Of a stretch of DNA of 64,000 bases, positions 21,666 to 34,300 are shown piece after piece. The stretch is taken from positions 49,331,195 to 49,395,194 of the forward strand of contig CM074513.1 of assembly GCA_037379345.1 (NCBI GenBank), read 5' to 3'. Position 1 is the first letter of the stretch. Each line of letters opens with the position of its first letter. This stretch comes from Perna viridis (lineage: Eukaryota). A program made the position numbers and the translations under genes. A model generated the notes under the pieces. That model saw only the letters and a list, made by a program, of their open reading frames with translations. It ran no database searches and was not told where the DNA came from.

Positions 21666-23068
21666 TCAATGACTTTTTACTCGACTATTTCGTTTCTTAC
21701 TTTTTCGACGTAAATTTTTAATTAATTTCTCCTGTTCCTCCAAAGATTCCGGAAGTCCGTACATATGACGGCTCAATTTTTCATGTTCTAAGACGCGCGG
21801 AGTGATATATTGCGTATGGTTTCTATACCAACAAAGAATTTCGAATTTTTCACGAACATCCTTTAACTGTTCATATTGTTCCAAAGCCCTCTCTATCTTC
21901 TCCCTTCTTTTGTCCTTTTCTTCTGAATGTTTAAGTTGTTCAATTTTTTTCATTCGCTCTTCTCTTTTTTTCATACTCTTGGCCGTACGGTCATCCTGTG
22001 ATTTATAATCTGCGTAAATCCCACTAATGTTACTGAATACTTTCGCTTCTCGACGACTCATTTTCTTTTCTGGAACATAGTGAGATGGATATTTAGGTCT
22101 GATGTCATACACAAATTCCAATTTAAAATCCTTATCGCGCTTTGGATAACGATTCAAAATTTTCTCCGTGTCATCAACATAAACTTTATTAATACTGGAA
22201 GTAGAATTCAAAACTGGCAGTGTTACTGTGCTACAATCACTACTTCCCCTGGTAGGATGTCGGTATATCGATCCATTATTCAGCATCGTAGACATGAATG
22301 ATAATGGTTTCGGAGATTCGCTTCTCAAGATACTTTTGCCCTTTTTAAGTTTGGGTGATTTTGAACGCGATTTACTTTTCCCTTTGACACGAGTTCTTTC
22401 TTGGAAACTTCGTGGGGTATGTCCTATTGACGACCTTCCACCCGTTGTATTGCTATCTGTGTATCGGTCGCTATCAGTTACATCACTGTTCGATTTCACA
22501 TTCGATTTTGATTGTGGTGTCTTTTGAGTACCTATTTTACTTTCTTTCTTTGTAGACTGTGACCTATTAGTCTCGTGACCAGTGTTTCCGGTTTTCGCGT
22601 GCTCACTAGAGGGAGTTTCAAGTCTTCTTTGTTCAGGACTTCTTTGTCTTTTATGGTCCAAGTCGGTTTCTGTATTGCTAACTGAACTACCGAAATATGG
22701 TGCTTGGTCTGATTTATTTATGCTGTCTCCTGAGCTCGGCGGAAGGGTTTGCTTTTGATCAGCAGGTTCAGACAAACTTAACGTAGCTTCGGCGACATCA
22801 TTGTTGTCTGTCTGTTCAGTTGATGCATTTGACATGATTTCTTTATCATCACCAGACTCACGCAGATTCTCTGTGGTTTCACTTACTAATGTATCTTCAA
22901 TGTTTTCAGAATTTGTGTCTTTCAGATTAACACTATCAAAAGCTTTTTCTTCTTTTCTCTCTGTACTGGGTTCGTTGTTATATAGTCCAACAGCAGTGAC
23001 TACGTCCAGACTTTTCTCGTCTTCGCTTCGAAAACTTAGTGGTGGTAACGGTGACTTGGTGTCCGCCA
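21666..23068 (-). CDS. Large terminal coding exon of an unidentified host gene (disordered S/T/E-rich N-part, basic coiled-coil C-part)
   Basis: Uninterrupted frame of 467 codons in AT-rich DNA, preceded by a plausible acceptor (ttatctaatttcaag). The track start is GTG, so upstream exon(s) are implied. No recognised domain. Confidence 0.7.
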
Positions 23069-23825
23069 CTTGAAATTAGATAAGACAACAATTATAATGC
23101 ATCTAACGTGTTATTAAAAAAACAGGCAAAAGTGCTACCAGTAAGGTAACTAGAATAATAGTATTTTTTTATAAAACACACGTACTTGGTACATTTGGGT
23201 GTTTATGTCATTTTAGGGAGACCTTTGGGAAGGACGTGCCAAATCTGTTTCAAATCTTAAGCATGTGTGTTAATTCAAGAATACTATCTTCAAAAATAAA
23301 AGGAGGACCTTACCTTTTTGACCTTTTCTGCACAGATAGATACGCTGGCAACCTATAACTGACTTGTAAGTCTATTTGGCATATTTCTTATTTAAACTTG
23401 ATCAAAACGCATTATAATGGGGATTAATTTTAACACTCGGAATTAAATTAATTCTTTTCGCAAATATAAAATACCTTCTACCATTTACGTTAAAGGGAAA
23501 CAAATAAACGATAATGAGACAATTCGTTCAGTAATTTTAAGTTACAATTTATCTCAATATTTACACACCAACGAACATATGGAATAATGAATGGTTTGTG
23601 AGATAAGTATAAAACTTGGACCAACAACTAGGGCGTTACCTATTCACTTAAACCCTTAGTTTTCATACAAATGTAATTAAAGTATGTTGCCACTGAGAAC
23701 TTGAGTTGCTTTTTACCTTTTTAACACAAATACTGCTATTTCCGTTTGAGGAAGATTTCATGTCGATCCGCCCCTAGTGGATGCATCTCCAGTAGATCCA
23801 CAAATACTGATTTGATGTCGATGAG

Positions 23826-24120
23826 AGAGTTATCAAGGGAAATCAAAGGACAAAGACCAGACATGGAAAACAGACGCACACAACAAAGAACATAAAGTAA
23901 CTAAAATAATACATACAAAGTAACAAAAGTAAATGAGCAACTCGAACTGCATTACAAATTTGGAGCATGGATCAGGTGCACCGGTAGGGTAAGCGTTCCG
24001 TGCTTTTCTAGAAACACCCGCCGAGTTGCTCATAAAAAAGCCAAAAAGTCCTGGGTAGACGCAAGGGAAACTATGACACGATGAATAAATCAGTTTTCAT
24101 GATGCAGAGGGATACACCCA
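23826..24120 (-). mobile_element. Penelope-like retroelement 3' fragment
   Basis: Reverse complement of ATGAGCAACTCGGCGGGTGTTTCTAGAAAAGCA..CGAGTTGCTCAT and the downstream UTR. Confidence 0.8.
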
Positions 24121-26565
24121 TAAAACTCGATGCATTATGAATTCATGCAATTAAAATATAAAAAAATGTACAATATAAATGAATAGATCATAGTTCATAA
24201 TTGAATACAGTTTAGAGTTATTATATATAATTATTAAATTACAAAATTAAAAGTAATTATTCAATTGAAGTTATTTTTCATCATTAAAGGGTTGTTGTTA
24301 TCCATTTACTTGTTTTTAGTCACGTTTTTTACAAGTTCAATGTAGCATCCAAGCCTACCCAAAAATAATGGACATCAAACAATTACTCAGAAAGGAAAAA
24401 AATCCGTTCTTTTTTTAATATAAGATGAAAATGGAGAACTTCTCCCGTTTCAAATATCGCCATGCCGTATCCATGACCGTTGTCGTAAATAAAACTGTCT
24501 GTACAAAATAACAGGTTTCAGTATATGAAACTGAATTTAATACACATATAAATTTATACAATATAATTATTAGAGGAGACGAAACAACCTGAGGACGGAT
24601 CGACTTAGGAATTCATTAAGTATCTTGTCTTTTCTTGCCTTACGGAAACGTTTGATGCGATGGAGCTATAACAAAACGTTAAAAATTATTTTGGAAATTT
24701 ATGTATTTATTTATTTGATTATTAATTTAATCATTTTTTGGCTTTTTAAAGTATTTATAACTTCTAAAATCATAGAAACAAAATAAAGAACATAGCACGT
24801 TTCAATATGCTGGCACAGTTTTCAGAGTATCGATTGTTTTCTTTGATTCATTATGAATTTGCTTGAATTTTAAATATATTGTACTGTGTAAAGAATTTCC
24901 CTTACCATTGCATGGTCCATGTGAGTCGCCTCTCGACTGTCAATGTTTTAATCTTATAATTTCCATTTTTCATACAATGATAATATTTTTATTTAGTCTT
25001 TTCCATAGGTACAGGTGTGTCCAAGGAAACATAGCCTGAGGGTTCACATTTAAATACAATTATCAGTTAACAGTTAATTATTGATCTATATACCAGGACA
25101 AAATACATTATTTTACTGCAAAGGGTTGATATCTCTTACCTAGACTGCAATCGAATTGTTAATTTATAATATTTCCTTCGACCCATTGTTGACTCTATAG
25201 ATTTTTTTTTCTGTAATTAACCAACGGTTTTGTTAGGTTTGGAGAAAAAAATCCATTTAGATCAAATATTTGATTATTAAAACACTTTTATGTTATAAAG
25301 TGAAGCAAAGATGGTAAAAAAAGCCAAGTAGATAAACGATCCCCTTAAAAATCAAACAGCAGATACTAACTGTCAAATCGAGCATTGTTTTCAATCAAAA
25401 GAGACCATAAATGTTATAAGTATTAATGTTAAAAATATAATTTATATATACAATATACGTTTAACTTACTTCTTGTATATGGCAGGTTTACTTTTTATTT
25501 ATTTTTTCATCTAACAAAATCCACTAGACATGTTATCCATTAAGATCAAGTATAAGTATACAAGGGAATCACAGTGATCCGCGGCCAGATTTAATGACAA
25601 GTGATCCAGAAAAAAAAACCCATTAAATTGTTGATTTAGACCTTCGTCATGGATCGACAATTAGATATATTTTAAAATCTATAAAATCGTGTTTGTTATA
25701 ACATAATTCTACTTGAACTGGAGTTAGGTATTCGTTGAAAAAAAAATAATGACTGGGACATTGTTAATACAGTTAATATGCGACTTGATGTAAGTCAGGG
25801 GGCTGGATGTAAATAGCCCCACCTGGATATAAAAAGCCCCCCCCCCCTTCTGGATGTCCGAGACCCGACAGGGTAGTCAAGGATGTTAAAAACCCCTTAG
25901 TAGTGGATGTAAGTAGTCAATACAGAATTATAGTGTTCAATTAGTCTTACTTCATCTGACCAGAGAGAAGAAAATAACTTACTTGAATGTATGCCATGCA
26001 ACTCTGTAAATTTCTCACGAAGCCAAATGAATTACTAAAAGACGAACAAACAATACTGACAGTTCTGAAAATGTCTGTGATCTGCGTTTTTAAACTTCAT
26101 TAAACACCTCATTCAGTGGAGGAAATTCCACAACAAATCGGTGAAGAAGCACCACCTCCGTAGTGTGTGGAAATTCCAGGGACAATTTTTCGACAACTTG
26201 GTCAACCAGAACATATTCGATGAAGCGACTATCATTTATTGAGTTAATGTTTCACTAAATAATGTATAAGTACATGAAATATTAATATAAAAAAAGATCA
26301 ATATATATATAAAAACTTTACAAATTCTTCAATTGACGATCTTCTCAATAAAAATATCTTTAAATAGTTTCAATATGTGGGGTGAAGTTGTGCAACGTTT
26401 ATCAAAAGAAATTGATATTAATTTCTAAAATCTGAAAGTAATAGCATTTCAAGTAGAGAAAGGCAAACTTCGAATTTAGAGTCAGGTTAGCGGGGATTGG
26501 GTGGAGCAAACATTTTGTTCCTTATTCTTCTGCTGATTAACATGCATCAATTACCCATTTTCACT

Positions 26566-26775
26566 TACTGTGAAAGTACTTTAATTCGAAGATACCAATT
26601 TTCGTGGATTAGGGAAGAAACAAAAATTTGTGAATTCTCGAATTCGTAGTTTTGAGGTTTTCAGTACAAAGATCAAAGGGAATCTCATTTTCGTTGAGAA
26701 CCAATTTTCGTGGTTTGGCCTACCCACGAAAACCATGAATATTGGTACCCCACGAACAATAGTACTTTCACTGTA
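26566..26775. mobile_element. Tc1/mariner-type MITE
   Basis: TACTGTGAAAGTACT ... AGTACTTTCACTGTA terminal inverted repeat (1 mismatch) with TA ends; internal ATTTTCGTGG/CCACGAAAA sub-repeats. Confidence 0.75.
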
Positions 26776-28355
26776 TTTGTAAGGCTGCTATAAATAATGA
26801 GCAATTTAATGGTCATTTAATACAAATACTGTATTTTCTTGTCGATATTGCAATGTTTCAATTTACCAATTTTTTTTTCTCAGTGAACAAAATTCGAGAT
26901 GGGATGATTCTATAGATTTTTTTTTTGAGTACAATTTAACTGCTAAAACCATGTTTATAGGTCGAAGTGTTTCGTAATCTGTCGTTTACAGTTTAGCTAA
27001 AAACGAAATGACAGGGAAACTATATACCAATCCCCTGGAATTAAATCTTATTCAGTGCATCAAGGATTAAACCTTATATGGAGCGACCTAATCTTTTCAT
27101 TTCTTTGTCATTAAATGACAATTTGTTTGTATATAGTGTCGAAGCAAATGCAAAAAATGTACAGCGCAAGTAAAGAAATCAAAAATTTAAATTAATACCA
27201 CATCGATGATTTTCACACACACGATATGAATATTAATGCACATAAAATCAACCGTTGTCAAAAATACACAACGCGTATTAGTCAAAAAGAAAAGTCCATA
27301 TAACAGTCTTAACCCTGAAAGTGTAATATTCCTTACTCGGTTCAGGATGGATATAGTTGGTAAAACCAGGGTTTACAGTGCGATAAATCCCCCCAAAAAA
27401 ATCTGATCTAGTAAAATGTACTGACAAGAAAAAATGCGGCATCATGGCATAACACTACTGTGTGCTCATGTTTACTACTAAATAAATAAAATATTCTACA
27501 TTGATGTAGTTTCAGATGATACAATGCACACATATTACACATTGGTACTAGTCGAGAAGTTTTAACGCATTTACAAGTCCATGGACTCTGATGGGAGGGT
27601 CCATCGTGCATCGCATTTACGTCGCCATAGATTATAAATTATTTCCATTTTGTATTGTTCGACTGATCATTCCCTTTTTTACGACTATATAATGATTGTA
27701 GCCCAAACAGGAAACAATTAAGAGATTCATCGATCGTTACCTTAATTATACATGCCCAAAATTCTTTGGTAACCTTTTGATACGGAGACCTTTTTTATAG
27801 GGGTAGGAGAAATATTTTTAGTTCTTATTAATTCTTTCATGAAGTCTAAGTTATGAAATTGAATTACCAATCGAATGATACAAAATTTAAGACGTTTTCG
27901 ACATACAAGAAATTGTAGAGTTGAATTTATTCGACTTTTTATGGAAATATTGAAATTCAGTTTATACCGATTTTTCATTCTGACTATGAAACTCTTCACA
28001 AGTTATAAAAAGAGCCACTAAAGCATCAATTGTGAGAAAATGCAAAATAATAAGCCATTTTTTATCGAAGCAGAAATATACTAAGGACTGTGACATTCAA
28101 AAATATGTCAACTTAAGCAATTTTTCGGTGGGGGACAGGTACACTTTTGGTTACATTTCAATTCTCATCGTTCTGTAGAATGTAGTCTAGGGGTTTGAAT
28201 TAAAAATATGTTTCTGCGTCAACGAGATATGACAAGTGGCAAAAATGTCAAAATGCTTTAGTTTTTGTATTGGCGACAAATTAATTCGTAAATGGGTAGG
28301 GTAAATGTCCATGAAAATCATATATCAAGGATATTTTCGTTCGTCCAACGTGTCG

Positions 28356-31300
28356 CTAGAGTACTTCAGTAATTTTTTTATGTCTTCTTCCTACATGCTG
28401 TTCATTAATTTTCTTATGAAGGGTCTTTTTTAAATCAAAAGGTGCATTCTTCTGATAAACTGGTCTTCTTTTCATAGATTTTCCAAGTTCGATCTTTCTA
28501 CCGCCATTCATAAAATTTTCATATATAGGATCCACATCTTCTTTATCTGGACCAGAAGTATTCGACATGTTATTACCACCCATCCTTTGTCTAGAATTTT
28601 TATCAATGACGAATTCCTGGATGTCATCTGTACCTTTACCTTTAATTTTCTGTATGATAGTTTCAGGATCTCCTCGCCTTGGGAACATATTAGTAACAGA
28701 CAAAACATGCAGTAGCGTTCCGTACCTGTGTCGTATCATTCCAAAAAACTGCAGTACTAGGAGAATAGCAAATATTAACAAGAAAAGAAGACCTAACGGT
28801 TCAATTGTCGTATTACCACCTGGTGTCGGAATCTGAATATTCAAAACACCTTTCACTTCATTCATAGCTGACATTATGACTGCCCATAACGCGTTAATGA
28901 AGAAAAATGCGAACGTCACTTTATTTCGGAATTCTTTTAAGCTTTGTGCAACTTCCTTTTCCTTTTCTTTATTTGCATCTATCGGTTTTAAGTAGTGTTC
29001 AATTAGTTCCGTCCAAAATTGTACTTCATCTTCTTTTAGACGTTTTATTGAACCGTTATCGTTAGCCCATGTTTCATCATCAATGCCATCACTGTCTTCT
29101 GATTTGGATTTTAGTACCACTGATTTGGCAAAACTAAGCCTTTTTTTTCGAGTTCGAACGAGTGTAGATGTATTTCCTTGTCCTTCATCTTTTTCTTCAT
29201 CGATATTTCTAAAAATGTTCTGGGCACTTTCTAACGATCTCAATAAGGCAAGGTTGTTATACCACTGGAAAGTATTGGGTATCATATCTGTATAAGAAGT
29301 GTCCTTTACCTTTGTGGTTTTTATTTGTTTTAAAATGTCCTCAAGAACATCTTCAGAAATAATGCCGAATTCCTCCTCTGTCTGCTTTTTCCGAAGTTTT
29401 TTACTTTCCGGTTGTTGCTCTAAAACGGCCTTTTGTGTCTCCCTAGTTCCCCACGAAACGTTGTTCAAATTACATATTGCATATACAATAAGGAACAGGT
29501 ATCCGGCAGGAATACAGACAAAGTAGAGAACTCCCCAAAATAAATCTCCTAGTTCGTGCGGATGGAAAAGTCCCGCAATGAGAAATATTCCAATGATTAC
29601 ATACATAAAAACTGCTGTAGGTGCAAAAAACCCTTCTTCTGCTATGTTGACAATGGTCCCAACCAGGACAGCCATCATTGCCATTGCATAAGCCGCACTC
29701 AGTACCATAGCAATGGTCAACTGAGTCTGAGTCTTACATTTCAGACAGATATAAATAAAGATTACTGTTGGGAGATAAATGATTACGTATTGTAGCCAGT
29801 TGCTGATACCATCTTTAATAATTGTGGTAACTGCTGACTTCATGGCTAAGAGAACAAGAGATGGACCGAGAATGGACGACAGAAATAAAATCCATTGGTA
29901 AATAATGTATAATGAAGAAATATTAGAGTTGTGTCTGGTTGTTCTTCTGTGGCTTATGAGTAGGTCCAAAATGTTGGCCATTGTCGAAGGAAGCCATCGC
30001 CTTCTTTGGTTGAAAAACTCACGAAAGTCTTCAGGAGCAAAGGTAAGAGCTTCAGCAGCGGCACAGTATTCTATCTTGTGTCCTTGTTGTAACATGAGAG
30101 TGCACAGCCATCTGTCTTCACCTATAAGGTATAGTTATCAACTTTTTAGGACATTGTTGTATTACATATTGTGTTCAAATGATAGCAAATCAAAAGCTTC
30201 AGGAGGATAAAAGTTGTTACCATGAAAAGAAAATGAATAAAGAACAGATATTGTGATATGATACAAATTTAATTGTTTAGTGAAACTGGTACTGCAAAGT
30301 ATCATGCTTGAACGGACGGGAGGACAGACACTATGACCACAACATATTATCTTCCGATTTTATTACATGAAGTTTGTATTCTTCAATTGAAGCCTTTAAA
30401 TATTTAGGGCTTAAACTCTACAAATCTCACTCTGTTTACCAAAACTAAGTAGCTATAGAGTATTTTGTAGTTTAACGGTGTTCAAATAATTCTGTTTTAT
30501 AATTTTAACATTTTACCGCGTTGTCAGTCTAACTGTATAAAAATATTTCGAACAGGTATAAAAATGACATTCGGATGAACTTATTCCATTATATATATTT
30601 CATATTTCAGGGAAGAAACGATGGTGTATTACCTTGATCATACTGAAGATAATGTTCAGGTTTGGTTGGCATGCTAGCGTAGGTCCTCATCACATTATCA
30701 TCCATTAGTGCCTTAGCTCGGAAAAGACTAAAGCAACCAGGACTACACAACACACATCCAAACACGTGTTCCGCAGATTTCTGTAACCAGTGTCCTATGG
30801 CATACTCAAATGTTTGATACCAGACCACGGGTCCTTAAATCAAAACCGGTACAATATGTAGGCAATATATTTACTCATCTTAAATTGCTATTGAAAACAG
30901 AAAAAAAACAATCACAATGAATTTAAAAACAAATAATTTCTAACATTTGCGATGTTTATATTATGATTAAACATGCAACTGTGGACCAATCTCAGTAACT
31001 CTATCTTTGTCTAAAATAATACACACAGTGTACCATCATTTCAATGGTCGTCCGAAGTCTATCGTATGTACCTATAACCAAGCGTTTTCATGCTTGTTAT
31101 ATATGAATTTGGACTAAGCATTTCAATTTCCGGACATTTGGACACTATAATCTTTATTTGTTTTTCATTGTGGTTCTTCATTTTAAGTCATTTACTATAA
31201 TTTAATTAAGGAATAATTATGTGTTAAATTAGAATTTCTACTTTTATATCCATTTGGATTAAGTGACACATTTGAGACTATTTTATAATTATAGACAATA

Positions 31301-34300
31301 GACTCTAAGTTCGGTTTAATCCATAGTGTTAATCTGTTGTAGTCTCATTTTGTCATGCTAATTAACTTTGTAATTTGTCTTATCGTATAAAAAGGCATTC
31401 CATGTTGAATTAATAATTCTTTGCAATAAATACGGTCAAAGCATCGCCAGTAAGCTGGCAGCGGCTAATTGTCAATCACCCCGCCTATCCGTAGTCATCA
31501 GTGGTGTGATCGAGGGCATCACATCAACACAGTCACCACCAGCCATCACTCGGGCTCCCAGGGTTACACACAACCAGCAAGGTTATATATACCATTTTCA
31601 ATGGTCACCCATAGATTATCGATCGTATGTACCCATCAGTGTACGACCATTTCAATGCTTTGCGAAGTTTATTGTATGTACCCGTCAGTGTACGACCATT
31701 TCAATGCTTATATATCCGAAGTTTATTGTATGAACCCGTCAGTGTTAATCGACGTTTATTGTATGTACCTGTCAGTGTACGACCATTTCAATGTTTAGCC
31801 GAAGTTTATTGTATGTACCAGTCAGTGAACGACTATTTTACTGGTTCATCATAGAAGTTTTTTTGTACCCATCTTCCTGCGATTATTTTGTTACCCTAGA
31901 TTTATCATCGTACATATTAATGGAAGTGTGTCTTTGACAGGCATCGGTTAAGATGCATACAAAACTTGATGTTATCTTACCTGATCCCCCAGGTTTTATT
32001 CGCCCACAGGCTGCACCCACTTTAGGATTTTTCTTCATTCTGTCAATCAAGAGTAGAAGGGCTTCCGGTGAAAAATCTACATCTCCATCCAAAGCCATGA
32101 CGTACGTGTTCTCAGCCTATGAAGAAAGGAACAGTTAAATGATCAAATGCACGACTTAACACCCCGATATATTTTCCTCATCTGCGGGGCTTGCTTCCAC
32201 TTTCAAATACGCAGCTCGATTATTTATGAACATGTTCATATATAATTGGGCTGCATATTTGATGGTTGGAGCAAGACCTTGTGCCTCAACTTTCATTGAA
32301 GCTGATGTAACGTGTTAAAGACGAAAAAAATATTTTAACACGATAAATTGGAATTAAATTTTCAAATAGGCTTTTAGACTATCAACATATTTAAGAAGAA
32401 GGTAAGGAATGGTAAAAATTGAACAGGAATACACACACATTTTCTTTTTCAAGACACTAATTGCACTGAATTTTGACTCCTGACTTTATTCGCATTTTCA
32501 CTCCATAGTTGAACAGTAGATAGTATTAGGATTTTTCAAATTCATGGAGTCTGAAGTTTATCATTTGTTTTACCACAGCCTGGTCATTTATGTAGACTTT
32601 CTTACCCCAGCCATTGCATTAATATTACGTAAATTTAGAAGAAAAATATGGTACTTGTCTAGTATCATTTATATGAACAATATCTTTTTCAGCAGTTTAC
32701 CACCATGCATGTTATAAAATATCACATGTTGCAAAAATGAAAAAAAATATATTAATACCCTTTTTAGAACCTTCATTGGCAAAGCTTCATATATTGAAGC
32801 GACCTTTTCAATGTTTTTCTCAATCGGGTTTGTTATTTCCTTCTGAAGTAGTTTGAATCCCAGTAGGTAATACATATACATTATCTGCAATGATAAAAAA
32901 ATGAGTTCTGAGGCTTTCAGATAACTTATTAAGAACAGTTTATTAAATATATTCCAATGTGCCACTAAAATCCTATCATGGTCAAATTTTTTATCACTTT
33001 AATAACAATCAAACCAGTTTCAGTTTTCTTATTCTGCGTTCCCTAGTCCCTGTGACAGTGAACACAGCGACTCTACCGATGCAACCGTTAAAGTGAAATC
33101 TTAGAAGACCTCATTGATTTACATTACAGTTGTATTACTTTTTGGTTTAAATATATACATTTATGTATTATAGGCAATGTGTCTGTTAATTTTTTTTTAA
33201 ATGCAAAAAAAAAATAATAATAAATAACAACAACAAAAAACAACGCAAATCTTGCTTCGAAAAATAGATTCTCTGTTTTTAAAGATGTCCACAGCATTTC
33301 TATGTTAATTGGTAGAAATATTAAAATTCATTAATATTATAGAGTTTCCTATTGTTTGAAAACAATTAGCAGTTTATATATGTAATTTTACTATCGGCAA
33401 CTTATGAAATTTTTGTCTTTGATCTCACCTGTGACCATCTTTTTTTGTGTCTGATCTTGTCTTTATCTTTGAGATGAACAATTAAGTTGTTATGTCCCGG
33501 TAGTTTGTAGATCAGCCTACCACCATAGGGAGTGACCAGTTTATCTGGTTCGTTCATGTTGGTTGGGAAGTCATACACCGCACTAAATGGATATTAAGAT
33601 GATTCTATACAACAGTGTGACTGAGGTCAATTTTTGGAAAGGCTTTACCTATCTCAACATGACTTGAATTTTGACAGAAAATCCTATGAAATATTCAAGT
33701 AACTTTTGTTTTAAAAATAAAATAATCCATTTCAATTATTGTTCACCGTTACATTGACGCAAATATTTGTCAAAACTTACGTTCCTGCTTCAGTTATGAT
33801 CTCCATCATTTGTTTTACAAATTCATTTGGTTCTCGTTTACCATCAACAGTTTGCATGGCATCATCAAACAAAATATGAGCTGGAAGAAAAATTTAAAAC
33901 TTTTTTTATCATCCACCAATAAAATCTAAACTTAAATGGAAATATAATCAAGGTGCACCGTGCTTTTGAGAATATCAAATGATCCGCACAGATTAGGTAG
34001 TTTATGCATGTACAAGTAAACCCCTCGACATTGAAAAAAACGATCTATAACATCAAAGAACACAATAAAACACGTTAGACTTCACGGCCAACTAGAAGTA
34101 GTCTATGTATACTGGTAAAGCAAGGTCTCTTTGTCCAAGTACAAACAGCGGTCTTACTGTCCATGTACAGAGGGAGGCTGCGTTAAAACGCTTCAAAATC
34201 GATCTTTTTTATAAAGTTTAAGTTGAGCATGGTATAAAAATCCGAGTAAAAAAAAAAACAAAAACAACAAGAAAAGCATATACATTGTTGAATGAATTAC

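Noticed and set aside
25795-25920. Repeated GGATGT(AAA) motifs as a regulatory array
   Set aside because: Short and degenerate; more simply a fragment of a dispersed repeat. No supporting context.
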